Source: Octopus sinensis
Taxonomy: Eukaryota
Reading direction: 5' to 3'
DNA: 64,000 bases
Assembly: GCF_006345805.1 (NCBI RefSeq)
Contig: NC_043017.1
Span: 5,952,001-6,016,000, forward strand
This document shows, piece by piece, positions 52,046 through 64,000 of this stretch; position 1 is the stretch's first letter, and every line of letters starts with the position of its first letter. The position numbers and the translations under genes were made by a program. Under the pieces are notes generated by a model. The model ran no database searches, was not told the origin of the DNA, and was given only the letters and a program-made list of their open reading frames with translations.

Positions 52046-54303
52046 ACAAAGAAATATAGAAAAGATAATAAAAAATCTTAGGCTCAATTTAAGTCGTGTT
52101 TTCAGTGTAACATGTTTGAAAGTACACTATACCTGATATATATGTGTGTGTGTGTGTGTACACAGAACCCCGTCAGTCATGAATGACCATGGGATTGCAC
52201 CGAGAAAGTTCCCCTCCGTGGCACAAGTCCGGGCAGTGTTATTTATGGAAGACCAGCAGCAAACCATCATATCCATCTTTCCTTCACACCTCTGATGTAA
52301 TTCAACAGAAAAGCAAAGGGGCCGATACAGCTTGGCACCAGTGACGTCGCAACTCATTTCTACAGCTCAGGGAACTGGAGCAACGTGAAATAAAGTGTCT
52401 TGCTCAAGAACACAACACAAAGCCCAGTCTGGGAATCGAACTCACTATTTTGTGATTGTAACCTCTGAGCCATGCGTCATCACAAAGAAAAGCATTCATA
52501 CTTATATGTATGTATGTATGTTTGTATGAGTGCGTATACTCGCGCACATGCACATTTACAACTGACTGTTTAACCGTCACATCACGTCACACTTTTAAGG
52601 TTATTCTTTGTATCGAAGAGCAGAAGATATCTACGAAATACTTGTTGTATAAAGAAGACAGAGAAGCCTTTAAATAGCGAAGCTACAATCAGAGAATGCC
52701 AATTATGTGACATTGCTGCGGAAGCTATTACGCATGCGATCGGTAAATGGCTCGAAATACCAAGGGTTTATCTTCCTTCACGGAATGACGTTGTTGCTAA
52801 AATTACATCCAATGTCATTAGTAAGAATGGCAAATATAAGGAAATGTTTTGAAATTGGCGTGGCTGTGTAGTAAGAAGCTTGCTTTCCAACCACATGGTT
52901 CCGGGTTCAATCCCACTACGTGCAGCAAATTGAAGAATTGTAGCTTCGGATTGACCATGAACACGGGAGGAATATTAAAAACAGAAACTGTAGCAAAGCA
53001 AAGCACGACGGATAGGCTTAGCTGTGTGATAAGAACCTTGCTTCCCATCCACATGGTTCCGGGTTCAGTCCCACTTCGTGGCACCTTGGGCAACTGTCTT
53101 TTTTAGCCTCGGACCAACCAAAGCTTTGTGACTGGATTTGGTAAACAGAAACTAAAAGAAGCCCATCATGCACACATACATGCTCGTATTTGTGTGTGTG
53201 CTTGTGTTTGTGTTTGTTCCCGACCGTTGCTTGACAATTGGTGTTGGTATTGTTATGTCCCCCATGCATTAGCGGTTCGGCAAAAGAGACCGATGGAGTA
53301 AGTATCTGGCTTAATAAAATAAAAGTCTTGGGTCGATTCGTTTGACTAAAATTCTACAATATGTTGCCCCAGCATGACCAAAAGAATATGTAGCGTTGTG
53401 GTGGACGTTCTATTCAAAATCATTATGAAAAGCAATATTTATGATGAACTGTTTCGAAACCTACTGCTTCTCTAACATGTGTACCTGTAATTCCTTGAGG
53501 GTTTGCCAAATTGTTTAAGCAATAGTCTTCCATCAGCTGGATCTTTTCAGCACCCTCTCGTGGTCTGGTGGTTCGGGGGTTGCAGTCACGATTGAGCAAA
53601 AACACCACATTTCATGTTGCACCAGTCCACTCAGCTGTAAATGGTACCCCTGTGATGGACTAAACATCCGCTCAGGGGTGGAATGTTGGCTTGCTCGCCA
53701 GCGGGATGGCATCAGTCCAAAGCTAAAACAATGTTATACAAAGCACGATGTCAGTGCTACACAACAACAACCGATATTCAGGTCAATATCGTTATATATA
53801 TAATGTATGTGTGTGTGTGTATATATGTGTGTGTGTGTATATAGTTTGTTTTTATGTTTTCGTTTCTCGTTGTGTTCTACGTTTATTTGTGGTGTCCTGT
53901 ACTCATATATATATACATATATATGCATGTATATATACATATAGATGTAGGTATGTACATATATGTATGTATGTATGCATATAGTTTATTGTTAAATTGT
54001 TATATATATATAAATATATGTATGTGTGTATGTGTGTGCGTATGTATGTGTGTGTGTGTATATGTGTATGTGTGTGTATATATGTGTGTGTATATATGTG
54101 TGTGTGCGTGTGTGTATGTATGTGTGTATATATGTGTGTGTGCGTGTGTGTATGTATATGTGTATATATATATGTGTGCGTGTGTGTATGTATATGTGTA
54201 TATATATGTGTGTGTGTGTGTGTGTATATGTTTTAAGCGTGGAGATCGAAGTAAACAAAGTTTTATCTTGGCTACCGAATAATTGTCACATATTATTTTA
54301 CAG

Positions 54304-54343
<40 letters not shown>

Positions 54344-56559
54344 CTTGTTTCAATCATTAGTTTGCGGCCATGATGGAGTACGACCTTGAATTTTAGTCGA
54401 TTGAATCAACCCCTGTACATATATTTTAATGCGTGATACTTCGATTTTTTTTGACTAGCCGCTAAGTTGTCAAGAGGTAGAGGGGGGACAATCAGAGACA
54501 CAAGGATACACAGATATATTACAGCAGGCCTGGGCTTCTTTCCAGTTTCCGTCCCTTAAATTAACTCAAGGCTTTGGTTGACCCGCGGCTATAGTAGAAG
54601 ATACTTGCTCGATGTGCATCTCAGTGGAACTGAACCCGAGACCATGTGGTTGGGAAATAATGAATCGAGCAAACGTGAAAAACCAGGTTAAAAGCTATTT
54701 GAATGTTTCTCTCTACTGAAACTGTTTTTTTTTTTCTGTTATAAAAGCTAGAAACATCTTTCCCCTTTACTGTTTAATGTTACTCAGAACGGATACCAGA
54801 AAATATTTGTCATCGAATAGGATTTTACAATTACAATCATGTCTGTCAATGACACCACCACCACCGCAACCACTAATACCAATGCCAAACCTACCCCGAC
54901 GTCAGTGAAGTGTCCAACACAGCGCAAGTGTTCTTCTCACTTCACTTGCGTTTTCCATTTAAATCAAAATCTACTCCGTTGCTCTCAAATGGACCGTAAA
55001 AATAATTTTTCTATCGGATACACGAAGAGATTAATGAATCGCTGGGACGAATCTTCTACACACTTAAACCACAAACCAAACACTTTCGACAACAAGCATG
55101 GTTCTTCGCTCGAAAATGTTTGTCACAGATAGCAATTGTTATTACAACTCCTGTGATGGCAGTCGATTTTCTGGAGACTTTCCAAATCAGCCAAAGGCTG
55201 CTGTAATAGAGGAGAGCGATAAAAATGTAAACTGATGCCGCCATTATTATCATCATCGTTGTCGACGTCGCCACCACCCCCTCGTCGCCACCATCATCGT
55301 CGTCACCATCATCGTCGTCACCATCATCGTCGTCACCATCTCTGAACTCCTAATATATCTCCGCGTGAATCTATTCCGACAGAGATGAGTTAAGAATATA
55401 CACAGCTTAAAAACAATTTAAAATCAGTTTGAAAATAATTTTTTTTCCAATATCTGTTAGACGATCTTGCATAACAGGCCATTTTTGACAAGACGAGAGG
55501 AGGCGGGGGGAGAAAAAGACCTGTGATTTTCATGTTGAAAGTTATTTATGATATTGCTGGAAACTACGGTGAAATATGTGCCAACACTTTGGAGGACACC
55601 TTGAAGAAACCTGCTGTGCACGTCGTAATGAAATTGTTCAACATAAATAAACCGAAAGAAGGCAAAAACTGCAAGAAAACATTCGTAACATTTATCGCAA
55701 ATATCTAGATTTAAACGGCGTCAGGAAATTTTAAAATGAGTGAAATCTGCGCAGATTTTACGTATTAAACTCTTGAGATGAACTCAAGACGCTGAGCGAA
55801 GAGCATCGTCATCATAAGAAATTTCAGCGAACCAGCTTTAACCACAATTTTTTTTTTTTCATATCTGCAAGATGTGTATGTAAATGAAGAAAAGCATCTT
55901 TGTAAATACGAGCTGCTTCTCGGGGAGATCTGAAATCCTTTTGGTCTAAGATCGAGAATGAAAGGAAAGATTTTAATTAGAATGCATCATGGTTAGATCC
56001 AGTGAAGGAAAGATATTATACAGGCATCAACAGTACAACAACTTCTATTATGGAGAAAGTACCATGAAGTGACCTAGTGGTTGGATGCTGGTTCCAAAGA
56101 CTTGACTGATTAACCGTTTTACCGGACCATTACCACCGCTATCATGACGACCAATGTTATTTCTTCTTTAAGTTTGAATGCTGAGTCGACGCAAAGGAGT
56201 TTACAACTAGATGAAAGCTCCAAGTGGTTTAACAACACAAGTTTCCAATGTCCAAGAGGCTAGAAAAATGTCAGCAGAAGGGCATCCAGGAGTCATGACC
56301 TGAATGCAGTTCGGCCCCCTTTGAATATAATAAGTTAAGGGCTGAAACACTCGCCTGAGTGGGTTTCTTCTCTGAAGAACTTCTGCTGTCCGGCTCTCCT
56401 TGGAGAGTTTCTTACCGCCATCAACAGACCTCACATCTACTAATTATACATCATCTATGCGTCTAAAGTACCATGAACAGTTCTACTTTCTCTTGGTTCG
56501 ATATGGATTGATGTTTACGTTCGAGTCTACCGCTGGCGCTCTCGATTCTCTTAACTATA

Positions 56560-56786
56560 CAGTAATCCCTCGACTATCGCGGGCGTTACGTTTCAAAACC
56601 CCATGGCGATAGGTGAAAATCCGCCAAGTAGAAACAGCACTGTATTATATATAAATATTTAAAAATTATTTTATGATTTGTATATATTTATTTTATTATA
56701 AATGCGAAACAACACCACGGAGGAATCGACGTAAGCTTAAATAATAAACCGTGATAAGTGAACCGTGATATGGCATGGAATTACTG
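56560..56786. mobile_element. pogo/Tigger-like MITE with TA target duplication
   Basis: ta|cagtaatccctcg ... ggaattactg|ta. Confidence 0.88.
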
Positions 56787-57289
56787 TATTAGTCAAAGTT
56801 TAAGGTAACTTTAAGCTAAATAAATAGAGGTCCTTTCAAAATGTTGGTGTCCTCACCAACGAATGCAGCGTAACAGATTTCTGTAAACACACAGAACGCA
56901 CAACACAATCCGTAACCACACTGAACCATACTAGCGGTCTTGAGAATTTCAAGTTCTTCCTCGTAATTTATCCGGATCAAAAAAGATGGCGAACCATCAG
57001 TTGCTGGAATTCGATGGTTAGCTTAACAAATTAGCTTGCCACAGCCTGGGCAATTCTTGTAGCCAAGAATAAAACAAGTAACGTGGCCGAAACTATAATC
57101 CAATCGCTTACAACAGCTGACTCAACTAATTCTCTTAAGATCAGTGCGTGTACAGCTTTATAGTAGCTATGAACAGACAGGGTTAGAGAATGGAGTGTTA
57201 ACAGACAACTTATGATATACAAAGCTTGGCATCTTCTGGGCTTTATGCTCTTGCTTGACTTGTTTGGAGTCATTCCAAGTTAGTGGTCC

Positions 57290-57480
57290 CAGAGGCGTCG
57301 GCATGTGTTGAGCCAACCAGGTCTACCAGTGATCGCCATTGCTGGAAGTCCAGTGCCAGTCCTTCTGCATCCTCCAAGGTGACGTCGATCCTCTGGAGAC
57401 CTTCCGTAATCACGTACAGTCATCGGGTGCGGGGCGTGCCACGCGGCTCTCCCATCTTGCAATCTTGCAGCTTCTACGTC
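57290..57480 (-). pseudogene. RTE-type LINE 3' fragment nested in the R4-like element
   Basis: Minus frame GEPRGTPRTR*LYVITEGLQRIDVTLEDAEGLALDFQQWRSLV matches RPRGRPR.RW.D....L...A.DR..WR.LV. Confidence 0.65.
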
Positions 57481-59224
57481 GAATGAGAGTAAAGCTTTGA
57501 TAGAATGGTCTAGCAGGAGGCGGAGGACATGTATTCGTATTTGAGACTGTAGTTTTATCTACCAGAGCGACTCCCAAATGCTAGATAAAACTATGTGAAA
57601 TAAGAAAAAATCGCAGAAAACGTGTGACAATATGACTTAGTAACAGAAAAGTATTTGATTCTATTCCCTCGTTCATGGTTGCTGAAATTACTGCATCTAA
57701 CAAGAATACTTGCTGCCTTAGTTGTTGTCACTAAAATGCTCAGAGGCACTTGGTTTACAACCTTCACTCTTGTAACTCAAATCAGAATGATTACCTGCAA
57801 TGTTATAAATATTTCAAAGGGAATATTCCAGGAAGACAATCTGTCTGTGCTTGTATTTATTTTGCCACTAAATCTACTGTCATTTCTTTTACAAAACTCC
57901 ACTGGATGTGTGTCAGGGCCCACAGCAGAATAATACGCCAAACGTCAATGTAACCTACAATTTCTTTTAGAACGATTTAAAGATCTATATTAGAAATATT
58001 TTCAATGCTGAGAAGCATCTGGCTTTGGTAACATTTTAAACTGACACAAGGATGGAATTTGGCCAAAAGAAATTATTATATTTGACAGTTGAATGCGGAA
58101 TAATTGTTTCCCAAATCAAAAATCTCTACATCAATAGTTTTTCTACCCCCTTTGCTCCACTCAATGATGCTAATACGTAAAGTTATTGGCAAAATTACAC
58201 CCTAGAAAGGTGTTGTGGACAAAGAAAGAGTAATCAAAGACTGCTATGCTCTATATTGCTTTTTATACCATTCATGCGTTTGGGAAATATTTTCGGGTCG
58301 TCTACCAAGAAGCGGTGCGTGTATGTGTGTGTAGGCATGTGACCTCTTGGTTGGGGTGCTGGGTTAACGATTATTTGTTCGTAGCTTCGATCCTCGAATT
58401 AGGCGGCACATTATATCTTTGCGCAAAGCTTTTCTTTATTCCATTACTCCGGTATAATCAGCTAAAAAGGAATTCCTCCTTCCATGTATGCATCAATTCT
58501 TCCCGTGACCTTCAGGATGGTGATGATATTGACAGGAAATGTATCTTATCTTGGACTCGTGAATGCTGCTTTACATCACATTTTAAAGGTTATGGTTTTT
58601 TAATCGTAAAACAGGAGATAACTACAAACTACCTGTTGAACAAACACGCAATCTGCAAGATCCGACCAAAAATGTCAATTATGTCACGCTTCTGTGGAAG
58701 ATACCCACAGCGGCCATCCCTAAAATATCACTAGGGTTTTACTTTCCAATGAGAACTGATATTGTTGCTATAACAGGACATAATGCTATCTATTTTGAAG
58801 GGATCCAATCTCGGTAAAACTCATGGAGTCAACACACATGGAGGATGTTCCTCTAGCTATTTATTTTGTTCTTTTTTTCTATGTTTTGTTTTGTGGCAGA
58901 AAAGAATCGCGAGACAAATTCTTCAAGCCAAGTCAACCGGCAGGAGACTTCAGGGTAGACCATGAACAAGATGGTAGGGATAATGTCTATAGTCCCAGGT
59001 TGATTACGCTTGAGAATCCAACCGGAAAGTGTAATAAAGGTCGTTTCTGATACGACCCCATGAAAGAGGCACCTGAAGACTCCAGCCCCACGACCCGCCC
59101 AGGAAAATTCGGTGGAAGATATGGATGGATTGTTTTGCTTTACTTCGCGACCAACAAATCATAGATATCACACAAAACAATTTTTGCTTTAAAAGCGGAA
59201 CACATTCAGACTTTGTGAAACATA

Positions 59225-59880
59225 CCTGAAATAAATTAAAGCTAATTGTTTTAATTAATTGCTCATTTTTCTCCAGTTCAAGTCAAGCAAAAATTATGGA
59301 AGCACTTAATGTTGAAGAAAATGTATGGAATCGCTCGATGCTCGAGAGAAAGAAAATATAAAAATGATTCCATGCTGGTTGGTAGGGAGGGAGATTATCT
59401 GTGTCTTGAGTTTTCATGACGGACTGAATTCTTTGAGGCATTGATTTTACCAATGAAAACACAATATTCTCTATGAAGCTGGTTCCAACTTTCTGAAAAT
59501 CGGTTGATAGATCTGCTCTGCAGGGAGGAAGCTTTGTCATAGATCATTTAAAAACAAAAACACACACCAAAAAAAAAAAAAAAAAAATCGAAAGCAATTC
59601 CACCATAAATTTCCAATCGAACTGACATCCAGATTGTTTGTTATCAGTAAGTTGATATGAGTTTCCTGGAGTTAATGTTACAATACTCTTTTTTCCCTGA
59701 GGGCAAGATGCGTCGTCAACCTGAAAAATAACTTCCTCGCCATCAATCCTATTTTCCATCGAGGGAATAAAAAGAAAATCTCCGAAATGTCTTTGAGTTC
59801 CCTGTTGGGATGAAGATTGTCACATCGCTTGATTCTTGACATGCAACTTCTTATTACGAACGAGCGGGAAAATTTGTTTC
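59225..59880 (-). pseudogene. Tc1 transposase, C-terminal half
   Basis: EVIFQVDDASC, LITNNLDVSSIGNLWW (WP.NSPDLNPIENLW-like), SLVKSMPQRIQSVMK. Confidence 0.75.
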
Positions 59881-59924
59881 TCTCTGGGCGCTCATTTTTT
59901 CTCTCTTTTTTCCTTTTTTGTTCA

Positions 59925-60657
59925 TATATGTTTCAGTCATGAGACTGCGGCCATGCTGGAGCACCACCTTGAAGGATTTTTACTCGGATGAATCAACCTT
60001 AGGATTCACTTTCTTCTTTTCTTATATTTTAAGCCGGGTCCTTATTCTATTGGTTTCTTTTGCTGAACCGCTAAGCTACGGGGGCGAAAACACACAAACA
60101 CCTGTATTGTATTCTGTATACACCTTGTTTGTACTTCTGTCGCACACCCGAACGCACAGACACTGACTAGTTTGTAGGAAATACGACCGTATGTAAGGAA
60201 GGGTGGCAGAAATGTCTCCTTTTTAACGCCGCACAGTCGCCCCTAACAAAATAAGAAACCAACATAAATGGCATAAGAGAATATGTGCCAAATGAATAAC
60301 GAGGACGACAACCTTTCTACTGTTTAAGAGAGAAGAATTTTAGTCGAAGGAACCGATCCCAGTACTTTACACCGGTTGTCAAACGATGGTGGGAGGACTC
60401 ACACACACACACACACACATGTACCAAATTCTCTTCCATGTACCAAATTCTCTTCGAAGGCAGTGGTTGATCCGGTTAGCTACAGTAAAAGACACTTGCC
60501 CCAGTGGCCGAGCAGTAGAATCGAATTCGAAACTACATGGTTGGTAAATCGAGCTTTTAACCACGCGGCCAACAGACTACGGCCATGCCTTGAAGAATTT
60601 TAGTCGAAGGATCCGATCCCAGTACTTTACACCGGTTGTCAAACGATGGTGGGAGGA

Positions 60658-60699
<42 letters not shown>

Positions 60700-61290
60700 A
60701 TGCATATACATGGTAAACTTCTTTCAGCTTCCGTCTACCAAATCTATTCACAAGGATTTGGCCGATCCGAGGCTGCGGTGGAAGACAGACACTTGCTCAA
60801 AGTGACTCACAGTAGGAACGAACACGGAACTATGTGATTGAGAAGCAAGCTTCTTACCACACAACCACGCCTGCGCCTACTCTTTACTCTTTTACTTGTT
60901 TCAGTCATTTGACTGCGGCCATGCTGGAGCACCGCCTTTAATCGAGCAACTCGACCCCGGGACTTATTCTTTTTGTAAGCCCAGTACTTATTCTATCGGT
61001 CTCTTTTGCCGAACCGCTAATTGACGGGGGCGTAAACACACCAGCATCGGTTGTCAAGCAATGCTAGGGGAACAAACATAGACGCACAAACACACACACG
61101 TACATAAATATATATACATATATACGACAGGCTTCTTTCAGTTTCCGTCTACCAAATCCACTCACAAGGCATTGGTCGGCCCGGGGCTATAGCAGAAGAC
61201 ACTTGCCCAAGATACCACGCAGTGGGAGTGAACCCGGAACCATGTGGTTGGTTAGCAAGCTACTTACCACACAGCCACTCCTTTTATTAT
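59925..61290 (-). mobile_element. Cluster of family-B SINE copies and fragments
   Basis: Repeated cagtca..gactgcggccatgctgg and gacacttgc blocks; full copy ~60880-61280. Confidence 0.88.
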
Positions 61291-61339
61291 TATTATCATT
61301 TTTAATGAGAACGGCACCAATCAAAAGTTCTAGACTTAT

Positions 61340-61990
61340 CTTCTCGGCCAATGCAGATCCACGTTTCGTCACTAAATATCACTTTCAGTCATTCACTCCT
61401 CACACTTTTTTTTTCTTTTTGCCCATTACAATCCTTAATTTTTGTGTTTCAATGGCGTCATCTCTACGTAAATCCTATTTCATTCACCCGATTTTATTTT
61501 TACAGTTTTATCCCAAACATTGACTCCGATTTCCACCAATTTCTTTTTAATTTCGTTGCATATTTTCTTCTTCTTGAGCGTATGTAGACACAGCTGCCGG
61601 GAAGCAGCTAACATTTTCCTTTTGGTCAAAGTCCGTATTGGATTTCCTTTTGAGAGAACCTTTCTGATCCTTCTCTTTGTCTCATTTAACAATTCTCCGT
61701 GCTTCTTTTCATTTAGACACGTTCAATAACTCCTTGAAATCAGCAAGCTCTCTCTTTTAAGCGCAGACTAATTTGCAAGTTTCGACTTAAATTGGCATTT
61801 GTTTTAAAAATGCAAATTACAAAATGATTCCATAACATTTTTTCCGTATTTTTTCTCAACAATGATTGATCTTCATTTTTCCTCAATTCGATCTGAAGTA
61901 AAATATTAATAAAATCAAAATAATTTACTTAAACTTGTCGAGGGTTTGTTTCACGAAATCTGCATTCAGCTATTAAACGAAAACTGTTTT
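61340..61990 (-). pseudogene. Tc1 transposase, N-terminal half
   Basis: Minus frames ...WAKRKK... and LKVIFSDETWICIG (first catalytic Asp motif). Confidence 0.72.
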
Positions 61991-62835
61991 TTGTTACGTC
62001 TATGCATTTTTACTTGTTTCTATCGTTAAACTGCGGCCATACTGGAGCCCCATCTTGATGGATTTTCATCCAACAAATCGACTTCAAGGTCACGTGGTCG
62101 TAATAATAATAAAAAGGCAACGCCTGCGAGGCAGGGTTGGCAAACGCAAACTCAGACACACATAGATATACATACAACAGGATTCCATAAAGTTTCCATG
62201 AACCAAATTATCTTCCAAGGCAGTGGTTGATCCGGTTAGCTACAGTAAAAGACACTTGCTCCACCAGTGGCCGAGCAGTAGAATCGAATTCGAAACTACA
62301 TGGTTGGTAAAGAGAGCTTTTAACCACGCGGCCAACAGACTACGGCCATGCTGGGGCACCGCCTTGAAGAATTTTAGTCGAAGGAGCCGATCCCAGTACT
62401 TTTAAAGCCTGGTACTCATTCTATCAGTATCTTTTGCAGAACCGTTAAGGCTACGGAGACGTAAACACATCGACACCATTTGTCAAGCGATGATAGGAAC
62501 CCCCCACATACATATCTACTACGGGCTTCTTTCAGTTTCCATCTACCAAATCCCCTCACAAGGCTTTAGTCGTCCCGGAACTACAGTAGACGACACTTGC
62601 TCGAGTTTCCACGCAGTGGGACTGAACCCGGAACCATTGTGGATGAGAAGCAAACTTCTTACCACACAGCCACATCTGCGCCTTTAAATTAACATTTATA
62701 TTGTTATTTAATTATTAGCGGTACTTGACTATGTTAGTAAATGTCTACGTGACAATCTGGAAAAGTGAAGGTCATCACATAAAGTGACTCGCTATTCCAA
62801 AATCAACTGAGAAAGAGAATATTTACCAATCATTT

Positions 62836-63110
62836 ATTAATGACTTGTAGGGACACGGTATGTCGTTATTCAACCATGATATAGTACAAAGTATACTAAA
62901 CATTTTTATAAGTCAACAACCGTGTTCTACTGTCTTAGCAGTGCTACTACGTCACTTGTTACGTTTATCCCTACAGATTTAAGATAACCTTAACAAATGA
63001 TGTAATAGCACTGCTAACACAGTAGAACACGGTTATTGACTTATAAAAACGTTTAGTATACTTTGGACTGTATTATGGTTGCATAACGAAATGCCCCTTA
63101 AGTCATTAAT
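62836..63110. mobile_element. Palindromic fold-back element (~120-bp arms, ~30-nt loop)
   Basis: caaagtatactaaacatttttataagtcaacaaccgtgttctactgtcttagcagtgcta vs tagcactgctaacacagtagaacacggttattgacttataaaaacgtttagtatactttg; outer attaatgactt/aagtcattaat. Confidence 0.9.
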
Positions 63111-63849
63111 ATTTACGTACCACCTTCCAGGAATGTGCTTAATGTGTGAAATTGATATATCCATTAACGTTACACCGCTATATTAAGTGGCGATTTAAGT
63201 AAGGAGTTCGTGGATGATTAATGGGTTGAATGGCTGCTGACGAAGGAGCAAAAACTCCTGAAATATGGCGCATACACTCATTACCCATTTTTCATCTTCG
63301 ATTTCGTTGTTGTTTACATCAGGCGTCTCGGATACGAACCGTCGTAACAAAATCAATGCAGACTATAATTTCTATAGAAAATTTGTAAAGATAACCTTTA
63401 CAAGTTACCGATCACAGTTTTGAAGCTTACACGTTATAAATTTACATTTATTCCGATAATTATTGGTGCAATTGTTTATGCTAGTATATGTCTGTGACAA
63501 TGCAGAAAAGCCATGGTTTCTGCATAAAGCGACCAGTTAACCCGCATTTCTTTCGTTTTTTTTTGGTTTTTTTTTTTGCAAATACGATCTGTAAATCGGA
63601 ATGGTGTGAAAAATATGTTAGAGTTTTCTAAAGTTCAAAATGTAACATTTTCACTGTTGCAGTCACTTAAAAATCCGAATGTTAGAACTTTGCTTCTTTG
63701 TTGGAAAACCAATTCCTTCCTTATAGCAAGTATTTAAGTAACTGAAAAACTAAGACAACAGACACACAGACAGACAGACACAGGGAAAAAATATGTAGTA
63801 TAGCCGTTTGAAGTGAAGGCGCATTTCGCAATGGCGAATTTCTCAATGG

Positions 63850-64000
63850 TTAGAGCGTCGAGCTTACGATCGTAAGGTTGTGAGTTCGATTCCCAGACCG
63901 GGTTGCATGTTGTGTTCTTGAGCAAGACACTTTATTTCACGTTGCTCCAGTTCACTCAGCTGTAGAAATGAGTTGCAACATCGCTGGTCCCTAGCTGTAT
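63850..64000 (+). mobile_element. Family-D CORE-type SINE running off the window end
   Basis: tggttagagcgtcgagcttacgatcgtaaggttgtgagttcgattccc...ttcttgagcaagacactttatttcacgttgctccag. Confidence 0.85.

Larger units (their letters stand above)
55480..58750 (+). pseudogene. Fragmented R4/NeSL-like (RLE-type) non-LTR retrotransposon with nested insertions
   Basis: Ordered remnants: ~56050-56110 KVP*SDLVVGCWFQRL, ~57090 NYNPIA, ~57650-57900 FDSIP/RSWLLKLL...KGIFQEDNLSVLVFILPLNLLS, ~57990-58070 FNAEKHL...TRMEFGQKK, ~58600 KQEITTNYL; many stops. Confidence 0.7.

Overview
This is AT-rich, repeat-saturated eukaryotic DNA. The microsatellite load ((TA)n, (TATG)n, (TCTA)n, (CA)n) and the tRNA-derived SINE families match my recollection of Octopus (coleoid cephalopod) genomes; that assignment is inference, not a database result. 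No complete protein-coding gene can be recognised, and nearly all ORF-track entries are translated microsatellites or SINEs. Supported content: at least four tRNA-derived SINE families in dozens of copies, several TIR MITEs and fold-back elements, and decayed TE coding fragments (RTE LINE, R4/NeSL-like LINE, Penelope-like RT/GIY-YIG, mariner, Tc1, Chapaev3-like), often nested. The most notable signals are: (i) five minimal hammerhead-ribozyme-like motifs of the Penelope type with palindromic helix III; (ii) head-to-tail SINE multimers sharing one precise junction, one bounded by a 17-bp TSD; (iii) a housekeeping-type promoter signature at about 48.95-49.12 kb, followed by an ATG-to-donor open exon encoding a basic plus hydrophobic N-terminus; (iv) several splice-site-flanked short exon candidates, including a duplicated 18-nt microexon candidate. 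All exon calls are unverified, and some are expected by chance in sequence of this composition.
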